This document shows positions 39,628-49,186 of a stretch of DNA of 64,000 bases, piece after piece; the first letter of the stretch is position 1, and every line of letters begins with the position of its first letter. This DNA is from Candidatus Zixiibacteriota bacterium (GTDB lineage: Bacteria; Chloroflexota; Limnocylindria; QHBO01): assembly GCA_035687145.1 (NCBI GenBank), contig DASRYM010000039.1:1219-65218 (forward strand), given 5' to 3'. Made by a program: the position numbers and the translations under genes. The notes under the pieces were generated by a model, which made no database searches, was not told where the DNA came from, and saw nothing but the letters and a program-made list of their open reading frames with translations.

Positions 39628-42018
39628 ATGCGGAAGGTCCGGAGAGGCTTCAGCCCCCTGCTGCTCCTCGCCTTCGTCGTGACCCTGGCAGCCGCGCCGG
39701 GCAGTGTCCTGGCCAGGCCGAGCGGCCCACCGTTTCTGACCGGTCCCGCCCAGGGGGACGCGGTCGACGTCGTCGTCAACTACCTGCGGGCCAACCACGC
39801 CAAGTACGGCCTGAAGCAGGTCGACGTCCAGGACGTCATCGTCACCGATCGCTACACCTCCGACCACAACGGCGTGACCCACGTCTACCTGCGCCAGGCG
39901 CATCGCGGCATCGGCGTGGTCGGGGCCGCGGTCAACGCCAACGTGGCTGCCGACGGCAGCATCATCAGCCTCAACAGCAGCTTCATCCCGGACCTGCACG
40001 CCAAGGTTCGGGGCGCGGCGGCGCGCAGCGCGGAAGCATCGGTCAGGGCGGTGGCGCGCGGCCTCGGGCTGCACCCGCCGGCGAGCCTGAAGGTCCTCCA
40101 GCACCGCGGTGGCCCGGCGGCCGGGGTGGTCTTCGACCGCAACGGCATCAGCCTGGAGCCGATCACCGCCAAGCTGGTCTACCAGCCCGCCGGCGACGTC
40201 GTGAAGCTGGCCTGGCAGATCGAGCTCTACGAGCCCGATGCCGACCACTGGTGGAACCTTCGCGTGGACGCCACCACCGGCCAGGAGCTGGCCCGGGACG
40301 ACTACGTCAGCCACGCCGACGAGACGTACTCCGTGTTCCCCATCCCCACCGAGAACCCGGAGGAGGCGGGCGGCGTTCGTACCACGGTGACCAACCCGGC
40401 CACCGACGCCTCGCCCCTGGGCTGGGTCACCGCGGGCCAGACCCTCACCATGGGGAACAACGTGCTGGCCTACACCGATCGGGACGCCGACAACGTCCCC
40501 GACCAGGACGGCTTCGCCGACGGTGGGCCGGACCTCGTCTTCGATCCGCCGCTCGACCTGACGCGACCCCCGGTCGAGTACCAGGACGCGGCGGTCACCA
40601 ACCTGTTCTACTGGAACAACGTCATCCATGACGTCACCTACGCCTACGGCTTCGACGAGAAGGCCGGCAACTTCCAGGAGAACAACTTCGCGCCGCAGAA
40701 CGGCAAGGGCGGCGACCCGGTGCGGGCCGAGGCCCAGGACGGCTCGGGCCGCAACAACGCCAACTTCGCCACGCCGCCCGACGGCTTCCGCCCGCGAATG
40801 CAGATGTTCGAGTGGCGCGACTCGGCGCCCAACCCGCTGACGGTCGAGGCGCCCACCGGTCCCCTCACGGTATCGGGACCGATGGCCGGCTTCGGCGCCA
40901 GCCTGGCGACCACGGGGCCGATCTCCGGGACCCTGATGGTGGTGGACGACGGCACGGCCCCGACCAGCGATGGCTGCCAGTCGTTCAGCCTGCCCGGTGC
41001 CCCCGGGTCGGTCATCCCCCTCATCGACCGCGGCGCCTGCACCTTCACCCAGAAGGTGAAGAACGCACAGAACGCGGGGGCGCTGGCGGCCGTGGTGGTC
41101 GACAACGTGCCCGGCGAGGCCCCGTTCGGTATGGGCGGCAGCGACCCGTCGATCACCATCCCGTCGATCATGATCTCGTTCGAGGACGGACAGACGGTGC
41201 GGGCCCTGCTGCCGGCAGCGGCCACCCTGGCGCCGAACCCCGACCTCAAGCCGGATCGTGACTCGGACCTCGACTCCGGGGTGATCATCCACGAGTACGG
41301 GCACGGGGTGAGCAACCGGCTGACCGGCGGACCGGGCACCGTGAACTGCCTGAACAATGCCGAGCAGATGGGCGAGGGGTGGAGTGATTTCCTGGCCCTG
41401 GTGCTCACCGCTCAGGCCGGGGACGAGGACATCGCCCGCGGCATCGGCAACTACGTCATCTTCGAGGACGCGACCGGCGTGGGCATCCGGCCCACACCGT
41501 ACAGCCGCGACATGGCGGTCAATCCCACGACCTACCAGACGGTCATCGACGAGGCGGGGACCACGCTCACCGTCCCGCACGGCGTTGGCTACGCCTGGGC
41601 GACCATGCTGTGGGAGATGTACGGCGCCCTCGTCGACGAATACGGGTTCAGCGGCGACATCTACGCCGACTGGACGGCGGGGGGCAACAACCTGGCCCTC
41701 CAGCTGGTGATCGACGGCATGAAGTTCCAGCCCTGCCAGCCGGGCTTCGTGCAGGGCCGCGACGCGATCCTCCAGGCCGACCAGGCCCTGACCGGCGGCG
41801 TGAACCAGTGCCTCATCTGGGAGGCCTTCGCCAAGCGCGGTCTGGGCTTCAGCGCCAGCCAGGGCTCGCCGATGAAGGTGAACGACGGCCGGGCGGCCTT
41901 CGACCTGCCGGTCGGCTGCGGCGGCGGCAGCGCGGGGGTGGTGCTCCCGCTCGTCCCGGCCGCGCTGCTGGCCGGGTTCGAGCGGCTGCGCCTGCGGCGG
42001 ACGGCTATCCGTCGCTGA
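39628..42018 (+). CDS. M36 family (fungalysin-like) secreted zinc metallopeptidase with FTP and PA domains
   Basis: Signal peptide, HEYGHG zinc motif, EGWSDF, and a C-terminal hydrophobic segment plus RR-rich tail. GGGAGG RBS. Confidence 0.8.
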   Translation: MRKVRRGFSPLLLLAFVVTLAAAPGSVLARPSGPPFLTGPAQGDAVDVVVNYLRANHAKYGLKQVDVQDVIVTDRYTSDHNGVTHVYLRQAHRGIGVVGAAVNANVAADGSIISLNSSFIPDLHAKVRGAAARSAEASVRAVARGLGLHPPASLKVLQHRGGPAAGVVFDRNGISLEPITAKLVYQPAGDVVKLAWQIELYEPDADHWWNLRVDATTGQELARDDYVSHADETYSVFPIPTENPEEAGGVRTTVTNPATDASPLGWVTAGQTLTMGNNVLAYTDRDADNVPDQDGFADGGPDLVFDPPLDLTRPPVEYQDAAVTNLFYWNNVIHDVTYAYGFDEKAGNFQENNFAPQNGKGGDPVRAEAQDGSGRNNANFATPPDGFRPRMQMFEWRDSAPNPLTVEAPTGPLTVSGPMAGFGASLATTGPISGTLMVVDDGTAPTSDGCQSFSLPGAPGSVIPLIDRGACTFTQKVKNAQNAGALAAVVVDNVPGEAPFGMGGSDPSITIPSIMISFEDGQTVRALLPAAATLAPNPDLKPDRDSDLDSGVIIHEYGHGVSNRLTGGPGTVNCLNNAEQMGEGWSDFLALVLTAQAGDEDIARGIGNYVIFEDATGVGIRPTPYSRDMAVNPTTYQTVIDEAGTTLTVPHGVGYAWATMLWEMYGALVDEYGFSGDIYADWTAGGNNLALQLVIDGMKFQPCQPGFVQGRDAILQADQALTGGVNQCLIWEAFAKRGLGFSASQGSPMKVNDGRAAFDLPVGCGGGSAGVVLPLVPAALLAGFERLRLRRTAIRR

Positions 42019-42043
42019 CGCTGCCTCTCTCCTCCGGACCGAT

Positions 42044-42075
42044 GACGAGGCGGCCGCTCCGGCGGCCGCCTCGTC
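42044..42075. terminator. perfect 14-bp-stem hairpin (GACGAGGCGGCCGC tccg GCGGCCGCCTCGTC) between the convergent peptidase and ECH genes
   Basis: Inverted repeat seen directly. Likely a bidirectional intrinsic-type terminator without a U-tract. Confidence 0.5.
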
Positions 42076-42081
42076 GGGTGC

Positions 42082-42882
42082 TCAGTCCGGGGCGCGCTCC
42101 ACCGACCAGGACGCGCGGCGCTTGTCGAGGAAGGCGGTCAGGCCCTCCTGGCCCTCGGCGCTCACCCGCTGGCGGGCGGCGACGCGCACCGCGTGGGCCG
42201 CGAACTTCCCGGACGGCAGGTCCCGCCAGACGCGGATCAGGAGCTTGGCCTGGCGCACCGCGTTCGGGCCCGCGGCCAGCAGCTCGCCGAGCAGGGCATC
42301 GACCCGCCCGTCCAGCGCGGTCTCGTCCGGCAGCACCTCGTGGACCAGGCCGATGCGCAGCGCGCGCTCCGCGCCGAACCGCTCCCCGGAGAGATACAAC
42401 GCCCGCGCCTGCCCCTCCCCGATGCGGGGCAGCACGAACGGGCTGATCACCGCCGGCAGGATGCCGAGCTTGACCTCGGTGAAGCCGAAGCGGGCATCGG
42501 CGGTGGCCAGCACCACGTCCGACACGGCGCAGAGCGCCATGCCGCCGCCCAGCGCCGCGCCCTGGACGCGGGCGATCACCGGCGCGGGGCACTCGTCGAT
42601 GGCCCGCAGCATGGCCTGCAGCCGCGCCGCGTCGGCCTCGTTCTCCTCCAGCGTGAGGTGCAGGGCAGCCCGCTGCCAGTTGATGTCGGCCCCGGCCGAG
42701 AAGACCGGTCCCTCGCCGGCCAGCACCACCGCGCGCATCCGCTGCGCCGGCTCGCGGGCCAGGGCGGTGAAGGCGTCGTGCAGCTCCCCGATGAGGGCGG
42801 CGTTGAACGCGTTGCGCACCTCGGGGCGGGCGAGCGTGACCCTCGTGACGGGACCGTCACGCTCGACGCGCAGGGCCGCCAT
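42082..42882 (-). CDS. enoyl-CoA hydratase/isomerase family protein (possibly methylglutaconyl-CoA hydratase)
   Basis: Crotonase fold with the AALGGGMAL oxyanion region. Start overlaps the upstream gene's stop by 1 nt. Confidence 0.8.
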   Translation of the reverse strand: MAALRVERDGPVTRVTLARPEVRNAFNAALIGELHDAFTALAREPAQRMRAVVLAGEGPVFSAGADINWQRAALHLTLEENEADAARLQAMLRAIDECPAPVIARVQGAALGGGMALCAVSDVVLATADARFGFTEVKLGILPAVISPFVLPRIGEGQARALYLSGERFGAERALRIGLVHEVLPDETALDGRVDALLGELLAAGPNAVRQAKLLIRVWRDLPSGKFAAHAVRVAARQRVSAEGQEGLTAFLDKRRASWSVERAPD

Positions 42883-43691
42883 CAGCGGCGCCCTCCGCGG
42901 CGGTAGAACGGCTCGGCCACCGCCCGCACCGACGACAGGAGCGGCTCCTCAAGCCACACCACGTCGGTCCCGTCCGGCACGTCCACGGTCGCCGACGCCC
43001 CCTCGGGACCCAGCAGGCCAAGCAGCAGCCGGCGCTGCCCGTCGCTCTCCGACTCCACCAGCCAGGCGGCCTCCACATCGGTCCGCGACAGCTCCTGCGC
43101 CAGCGAGGCCTCCAGGGCCATCGCCTCGGCGCCCGGCAGCCGCAGCCGCAGCGACCGGCGCGCGGCCGTCTCGAACAGGGGCCGATCGGTGCCGGGCAGT
43201 CGTCCGGCGGCCAGGTCGGCCAGCTCATCGGGCTCGAAGCGGTAGGGGATCGGCCCGGCGGGGTCCAGGATGGCCGGCACCCCGGCGGCGGCCATGTTGG
43301 CCACCGCGATTCGGGCTGGGAGCGGCAGCGTGGCCGTCCCGCGCGGGGCCCAGGCCGCCAGGGCCGCCACCGAGGCGAAGCAGACGCTGACGGCCTGCCC
43401 GTCGGCATCGGTCGCCAGCAGCACGCTGACCTCGACCTCCTGGTCGTCGTTGACCGCCGCCTCCAGCGCGCGGCGCGCCTCCTCGCCGTGCTCGGGTGGC
43501 ACCGGCAGCAGCAGGGTGCCGGTCATCAGGGTGCGGTAGAAGTGCTCGAGCGCCGGGCCGGCCGCCTCGTCGCGCCCCTCGGCGTCGCGGGCGGCGAGCA
43601 TGGCCTCGAACAGGTTGGCCGACGACTCCTCCAGGGTGCCGGTCGGCGTGGTGCGGTCGTGTGAGCCCGGGGCGGGCCGGTCCAGGGTCAT
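42882..43691 (-). CDS. hypothetical protein, possibly SseB-like
   Basis: TLLLPVPPEHGEE region resembles the SseB N-terminal domain. Weak. Confidence 0.4.
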   Translation of the reverse strand: MTLDRPAPGSHDRTTPTGTLEESSANLFEAMLAARDAEGRDEAAGPALEHFYRTLMTGTLLLPVPPEHGEEARRALEAAVNDDQEVEVSVLLATDADGQAVSVCFASVAALAAWAPRGTATLPLPARIAVANMAAAGVPAILDPAGPIPYRFEPDELADLAAGRLPGTDRPLFETAARRSLRLRLPGAEAMALEASLAQELSRTDVEAAWLVESESDGQRRLLLGLLGPEGASATVDVPDGTDVVWLEEPLLSSVRAVAEPFYRRGGRR

Positions 43692-43729
43692 TGCCCGCAG
43701 CCTACCATCGGCCGGGGTAGCATCTGGGC

Positions 43730-44527
43730 ATGCCACAGGCGATCGACCACATCGTCATCGCCGTTCCCGACCTCGACGCCGCGGTCGACGACGCCCAGCG
43801 CGCGCTGGGCCTGGCCTTCACCTCCGGTGGCGAGCATCCCGGGGCGGGCACCGCCAACCGCATCGCCTTCCTGGGCGAGGCGTACCTCGAGCTCATCGGC
43901 GTCACCGACCGGGAGGCGGCGGCACAGCGGCCGATCGGCGCCGCCGCCCTGCGCGCCCTGGAGGCGGGCGGTGGCCTGGCGACCTACGCCCTGCGCGAGG
44001 ATCACCTGGAGACGACCGTGGCCGAGCTGCGGGCCAACGCCAGTCCCATCGGCCCGGTGGAGCACGGCTCGCGGCGCCGGCCCGACGGCGAGACCGTGAA
44101 TTGGTGGACCGCCACCCTCGAGCGCCTCGGTCCTGACCGGCCGCCGTTCCTGATCCGCCACGCGTACGCCGGCGCCGAGTGGGGCGCGGAGGCGCTCGCC
44201 GAGCGGCGCGCCTTCCGACATCCGCTGGGGTCACCGGTGAGCCTGGTGCGGCTGGACATCGCCACGCCCGACCCGCCAGCCCTGGCCGCCGACTACCACG
44301 CCGCCCTGGGCCTGGAGTTCTGGGCGGTGGCTGACCTGGCGGTGTGCACCGTCGGTCCGCACACCATCCGGCTGCGCCCGACGGCCGAGATGCAGTTCCC
44401 GGCCGCCGTCCTGCTCGGCGCGCAGCTGCCCGAACCGCGCAGCGTGGAGCTGCTCGGCCTGCGCTTCGGGTTCGAGCCGGTGACCGCGGAGGCGGTCGGC
44501 GCGGCCGGGGCGTCCGAGGCGGGCTGA
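43730..44527 (+). CDS. two-module VOC/glyoxalase-like domain protein
   Basis: IDHIVIAVPDLDAAVDD... glyoxalase-like pattern, repeated in the C-terminal half. Confidence 0.6.
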   Translation: MPQAIDHIVIAVPDLDAAVDDAQRALGLAFTSGGEHPGAGTANRIAFLGEAYLELIGVTDREAAAQRPIGAAALRALEAGGGLATYALREDHLETTVAELRANASPIGPVEHGSRRRPDGETVNWWTATLERLGPDRPPFLIRHAYAGAEWGAEALAERRAFRHPLGSPVSLVRLDIATPDPPALAADYHAALGLEFWAVADLAVCTVGPHTIRLRPTAEMQFPAAVLLGAQLPEPRSVELLGLRFGFEPVTAEAVGAAGASEAG

Positions 44528-44546
44528 CCCGCCGCGGTCCCGCCGG

Positions 44547-46145
44547 TCACATCCGGAAGACGCCGAACCGCGACTCGGGGATCGGCGCGTTCAGGGCGGC
44601 GCTGATGCCCATGGCCAGCACCCGCCGGGTGTCGAGCGGGTCGATGACGCCGTCGTCCCACAGCCGAGCGGTCGAGTAGTAGGGCGAGCCCTCGCGCTCG
44701 TACTTCTCCAGGATGGGGGCCTCGAAGGCGTCGCGCTCCGCATCGGTCCGGAAGCCTCCGCGGACGGTGGACAGCACCCGCGCCGCCTGCTGGCCGCCCA
44801 TCACCGAGATCCGGGCGTTCGGCCACATCCACAGGAAGCGCGGTGCGTAGGCGCGGCCGGCCATGCCGTAGTTCCCGGCGCCGAAGCTGCCGCCGATGAT
44901 CACCGTGAACTTGGGCACGTCGGTGGTGGCCACCGCGGTGACCAGCTTGGCGCCGTCCTTGGCGATGCCCCCGGCCTCGTACTCGCGGCCGACCATGAAG
45001 CCGGTGATGTTCTGCAGGAAGACCAGCGGAATGCGGCGCTGGCTGGCCAGCTCGATGAAGTGGGCCCCCTTCAGGCTGGAGGACGAGAACAGGATCCCGT
45101 TGTTGGCCAGGATCCCGACCGGGTAGCCCTCGATGCGGGCGAAGCCGCAGACCAGCGTCTCGCCGTAGCGCTCCTTGAACTCGTGGAACTCCGATCCGTC
45201 GACCAGGCGGGCGATCACCTCGCGCACGTCGTAGCCCTGGCGCGGGTCGTCCGGGATGACCCCGTACAGCTCCTCCGGGTTGACCGATGGCTCCCGCGGC
45301 TCAGCGCGCTCCCACGGCGGATCGGGCTTGCGCCGGTGCAGGCTGGCCACGATCTGGCGCCCGATGGCGATGGCGTGCTCGTCGTCCAGCGCGTAGTGGT
45401 CGGCCACGCCCGACTGGACGGTGTGCACCTCGGCCCCGCCCAGCTCCTCGGCCGACACCTCCTCGCCGGTGGCCGCCTTCACCAGCGGCGGGCCGCCCAG
45501 GAAGATGGTGCCGGTGCCGCGCACGATGACGGTCTCGTCGCTCATGGCCGGCACGTAGGCTCCGCCCGCGGTGGAGCTGCCCATGACCAGCGCGATCTGC
45601 GGGATGCCGGCCGCCGACAGGCGGGCCTGGTTGTAGAAGATCCGCCCGAAGTGGTCGCGGTCGGGGAAGACCTCGTCCTGCAGCGGCAGGTAGGCCCCGC
45701 CCGAGTCGACCAGGTAGATGCACGGCAGCCGGTTCTGCTCGGCGATCTCCTGGGCGCGCAGGTGCTTCTTGACGGTCATCGGGTAGTAGGTGCCGCCCTT
45801 GACCGTGGCGTCGTTGGCCACGATCAGGCACTCGGTGCCGGACACCATGCCGATGCCGGTGACGATGCCGGCGCCGGGCGCCTCGTCGCCGTACAGCCCG
45901 TTGGCGGCCAGCGCGCTCAGCTCGAGGAAGGCGCTCCCCGTGTCCAGCAGCAGCTCGATGCGCTCGCGGACCAGCAGCTTGTTGCGCTCCCGGTGGCGGG
46001 CGATGGCCCGCTCGTCACCCGCGGCCCCGCGTTCGGCGACCGCGCGCGTGCGCTCGCGCAGGTCGTCCACCAGCGCGCGCATGGCAGCGGCGTTGGCCTC
46101 GAAGCTTGGCGAGGAGGGGTCCAGGGTGGAACGCAGCACGGCCAT
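44547..46145 (-). CDS. methylcrotonyl-CoA / acyl-CoA carboxylase carboxyltransferase (beta) subunit
   Basis: 532 aa from MAVLRST (ATG 46145) with carboxyltransferase N and C domains. A CATAAT -10-like hexamer lies 6 nt upstream, suggesting a leaderless mRNA. Confidence 0.85.
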   Translation of the reverse strand: MAVLRSTLDPSSPSFEANAAAMRALVDDLRERTRAVAERGAAGDERAIARHRERNKLLVRERIELLLDTGSAFLELSALAANGLYGDEAPGAGIVTGIGMVSGTECLIVANDATVKGGTYYPMTVKKHLRAQEIAEQNRLPCIYLVDSGGAYLPLQDEVFPDRDHFGRIFYNQARLSAAGIPQIALVMGSSTAGGAYVPAMSDETVIVRGTGTIFLGGPPLVKAATGEEVSAEELGGAEVHTVQSGVADHYALDDEHAIAIGRQIVASLHRRKPDPPWERAEPREPSVNPEELYGVIPDDPRQGYDVREVIARLVDGSEFHEFKERYGETLVCGFARIEGYPVGILANNGILFSSSSLKGAHFIELASQRRIPLVFLQNITGFMVGREYEAGGIAKDGAKLVTAVATTDVPKFTVIIGGSFGAGNYGMAGRAYAPRFLWMWPNARISVMGGQQAARVLSTVRGGFRTDAERDAFEAPILEKYEREGSPYYSTARLWDDGVIDPLDTRRVLAMGISAALNAPIPESRFGVFRM

Positions 46146-46197
46146 CGGGAGCCGATTATGGCTGTCCCGGGCACCCACACGAGTGACGGCGGGCAAC

Positions 46198-46218
46198 GTG
46201 TTCGGAACATCGGAACAC
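46198..46218. repeat. palindromic element variant copy (GTGTTCGGAACATCGGAACAC)
   Basis: Upstream of the MCC beta start. Inner arms altered relative to the consensus. Confidence 0.75.
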
Positions 46219-46241
46219 GTCCGCGGCTGGCGAACCACGAA

Positions 46242-46262
46242 GTGTTCGGAACATCGGAACAC
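46242..46262. repeat. palindromic element variant copy (identical 21-mer GTGTTCGGAACATCGGAACAC), preceded by the conserved CACGAA flank
   Basis: Second identical copy 44 bp from the first, upstream of MCC beta. Confidence 0.75.
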
Positions 46263-46308
46263 TTCCCGGAGGCCGATGCGGGCCGGCGTGCCGGTGGCCG
46301 GAACAGCC

Positions 46309-46854
46309 TCAGGCCAGCGTGACCAGCGGGACCAGCTGGGTGACCATGCGCGTGTTCACGATCACCACGCTGACGACGTGCTCGAAGGGTGGCTCGCCGT
46401 TGTGCAGGATGTAGGCCTCGGTGAGCGGCATGAACCGCGGGGCGCGCAGCAGCAGGTCCATGGTCGGCTCGGCGCCCGGGCTCAGGTGCAGGTTGCCGGT
46501 GACGCTGAAGGGGCCGGCCGACATGGCCACCCGGCGCAGCTTGCGGTGCAGGCGCAGCTGCCGCGAGGCGCGCCACTCGGGTGGCATGGCCAGGATGACC
46601 TGGTCGGTCACCAGCGACTGCCACTCGCCGGTCTCCTCGATCCGGGGTGGGGCGTCCCGCACGCTGGTCGGCATGCGGGAGTTGTCCGCGGTCGTGCCGG
46701 CGTCCAGCGGCCCGGGCGATGGGCGCCACAGGCGCAGCTCGTCCTGCTCGTTCAGCAGATCGGTGACGCGACGGCCGTTGGCGGCGATCCAGGCGACGAT
46801 GCGCGCGTCGGCCGTGTACAGCTCGATCGGCGCCAGCTCGGCAGCCATGGCCAT
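46309..46854 (-). CDS. hypothetical protein
   Basis: Start chosen at [13 protein letters not shown] (ATG 46854, or 46848). No recognised family. Confidence 0.4.
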   Translation of the reverse strand: MAMAAELAPIELYTADARIVAWIAANGRRVTDLLNEQDELRLWRPSPGPLDAGTTADNSRMPTSVRDAPPRIEETGEWQSLVTDQVILAMPPEWRASRQLRLHRKLRRVAMSAGPFSVTGNLHLSPGAEPTMDLLLRAPRFMPLTEAYILHNGEPPFEHVVSVVIVNTRMVTQLVPLVTLA

Positions 46855-47093
46855 GGCCGACGAGCCGTTGCTCGTCGTTGCGCCCGAGCCCCGGCGCCAG
46901 TTCCAGAAGGTCACGTCGCGGTTCCTGTAGGAGGTTGACGGCCGCGGGGCAGTCGCGGCTCGTGGGTGCAGGCTAGCCGCGGCCGCAGACCCCACCAACT
47001 GCCCGAGAGTACTAGGCAGGGCCGTTGCCGGCCGGCAACAGGACCACGCCCGCCGGCTAACGTGAACGACGTTGAGCCGTTACTACTCACGGC

Positions 47094-47585
47094 ATGACCA
47101 GGCCCGTCCGCATCTTCCTCGCAGCCGCCATCCTCGTGCTGCTGGTGGTCACCTCCGCCAGCGGCGCGCCGAATCACCGCGGCCAGGAGCGGCGCGCGTC
47201 GGTCGCGGCCTCCCACCAGCCGGTGACCCCGCAGGACCAGCCCGAGGCGGAGGACGCGGATGAAGGGCCATCGGCCGAGAAGCTGGAGGCGCTGGCCGAG
47301 GAGCTGGGGTCGACGCCCGAGCAGATCAGCGCGCTGGCGGAGACCTACGGCCTGGGCGGCGCGGTCCGCATCCTGGCCTGGGCGCAGGCCAGCGGCATGG
47401 AGCCGTCGGACATCGCGGCCATGTTCGACGACGGGATGGGCTGGGGCCAGATCGCGCAGCAGCTCAATGCGGAGAACCCGGACCTGGATGTGCATCCGGG
47501 CATCGGGACCGTCATGGGCCAGGGCGCGGGCCATGGCCGCGCGAACGCCCCGGGGCAGCAGAAGCAGCAGCCCGCGCAGCCCTAG
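47094..47585 (+). CDS. secreted hypothetical protein
   Basis: Signal peptide MTRPVRIFLAAAILVLLVVTSASG, then an acidic low-complexity region. Confidence 0.5.
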   Translation: MTRPVRIFLAAAILVLLVVTSASGAPNHRGQERRASVAASHQPVTPQDQPEAEDADEGPSAEKLEALAEELGSTPEQISALAETYGLGGAVRILAWAQASGMEPSDIAAMFDDGMGWGQIAQQLNAENPDLDVHPGIGTVMGQGAGHGRANAPGQQKQQPAQP

Positions 47586-47653
47586 GGGCCGGCCTGCAGC
47601 GCGCGGCCCGGCGAGCGCGCAGACCCGCAGTCCACGCGCTACCCTCACGCCCG

Positions 47654-47989
47654 GTGATCGACGTCGAGCACTTCGCGCAGGTGGACATGCGCGTGGGCCG
47701 CATCGTGGCGGCTGAGCCGTTCCCCGAGGCCCGCAAGCCGTCGTACCGGCTGCGCATCGACTTCGGCCCGCAGCTCGGGGAGCGGGTCAGCTCGGCGCAG
47801 CTGACGGTGACCTACCCCGACCCATCGGCCCTGGTGGGTCGCCAGGTGGTGGCCGTGGTGAACTTCCCGCCGCGCCGCATCGCCGGCTTCGACAGCCAGG
47901 TGCTGGTGCTGGGCGCCATGGGTGACGACGGCAACGTCTGGCTGCTGGAACCGAACCCGGAGGCGCCGCTCGGCTCCCGCATCGGCTAG
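47654..47989 (+). CDS. csaA: tRNA-binding protein (CsaA/Trbp111-like, EMAP fold)
   Basis: DFAQVDMRVGRIVAAEPFPEARKPSYRLRIDFG matches the CsaA N-terminus. GTG start. Confidence 0.75.
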   Translation: MIDVEHFAQVDMRVGRIVAAEPFPEARKPSYRLRIDFGPQLGERVSSAQLTVTYPDPSALVGRQVVAVVNFPPRRIAGFDSQVLVLGAMGDDGNVWLLEPNPEAPLGSRIG

Positions 47990-48089
47990 GCATCGGAAGG
48001 GATCGGCCAGGCGGCGCGCACGTCCGTTCGCCAAACGCGCCCCGGCGCGGCACACTGGCACCGTGAGCACCGAGCAGTCGACCGAACCG

Positions 48090-48512
48090 ATGGTCGTTGG
48101 GCCGGCCCCCGACGGCATGCCGCAGCCCGACCTGACGCCGCCCCAGATCGCCCGCTCGGGCGACCCGTTCGCCCGGCTGCGGATCGTGCACTTCCTGTCA
48201 CGCCTGCGGCGCAACACCACCCACCAGCTGCGCGACGTGGTGGCCGCCCTGAACGCCGTTTACCTGGACTGGTACTTCAGCGAGAAGGTGCTGCTGGCCG
48301 AGATCGCCCAGCTGCAGGCCGACTGGTCGATCAGCTTCCACGGCGAGGACCGCATCGTGCTGGACCGCAACGAGCGCGGCCACACCCTGCTCATCGTGGA
48401 CTCCACCAAGATGACCGCCTTCCTGGTGGCCGAGGGGCGTCGGGCGGCGGAGGAGGCCGAGGAGGAGCTGCGGCGCTTCACCCTGGGCGACGGGGTCAGC
48501 CCCGACAACTGA
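48090..48512 (+). CDS. hypothetical protein
   Basis: ATG at 48090 (alternative GTG at 48063). No family recognised. Confidence 0.45.
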   Translation: MVVGPAPDGMPQPDLTPPQIARSGDPFARLRIVHFLSRLRRNTTHQLRDVVAALNAVYLDWYFSEKVLLAEIAQLQADWSISFHGEDRIVLDRNERGHTLLIVDSTKMTAFLVAEGRRAAEEAEEELRRFTLGDGVSPDN

Positions 48513-48518
48513 GCAGCC

Positions 48519-49169
48519 CTAGCCCCGCAGCTCCTCGAGCTGGTCGTCGCGACCGATCAGGATCAGCTCGTCCGCCTGCTGCACCCGCTCCTCCGGGGCG
48601 GGGTTGATGATCACGTTCTTCCCGCGCCGCACGGCGATCGGCGTGACCCCCATCCGCGTCTTCAGGTCCAGCTCGCGCAGCGACTTGCCGATGAAGGCCG
48701 CCGGCGGCCGCACCTTCTCGATGCCGAAGCTGGGACCGATGTCCAGGTAGTCGATCACGTTCGGCACGTGGAAGGAGTGGGCCAGGCGGGTGCCGGTCTC
48801 CTGCTCGGGGAGGATCACCCGGTCGGCGCCGACCCGGCGCAGGATCTCGGCGTGCAGCTGGTCGGCGGCCTTGGCGATCACGTTGGCCACGCCCAGCCGC
48901 TTGAGGACCATGGTGGCGAAGATCGACGGCTCCGCCCGGCCGCTGATGGCCACGATGGCGGTGGTGAAGTCCCCGGCCCCTGCGGCCCGCAGCGCGTCCT
49001 CGTCGGAGGCGTCCAGCTGCATGGCGTGGGTCACCTCGCGGGCGATGTCGTTGACCGCCTCCTCGTTGATGTCGACCGCCAGCACCTCGTGCCCCAGCCG
49101 CTCCAGCTCCCGGGCCACGGCCGCGCCGAAGCGACCGACTCCAACCACGAGCACCTGTTGACGGGCCAC
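48519..49169 (-). CDS. trkA: Trk/Ktr potassium uptake NAD-binding subunit TrkA
   Basis: VLVVGVGRFGAAVAREL Rossmann motif plus the RCK C-terminus. GTG start preceded by GGAAAGGAG. Confidence 0.8.
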   Translation of the reverse strand: MARQQVLVVGVGRFGAAVARELERLGHEVLAVDINEEAVNDIAREVTHAMQLDASDEDALRAAGAGDFTTAIVAISGRAEPSIFATMVLKRLGVANVIAKAADQLHAEILRRVGADRVILPEQETGTRLAHSFHVPNVIDYLDIGPSFGIEKVRPPAAFIGKSLRELDLKTRMGVTPIAVRRGKNVIINPAPEERVQQADELILIGRDDQLEELRG

Positions 49170-49186
49170 GCGGGCGTGCTCCTTTC

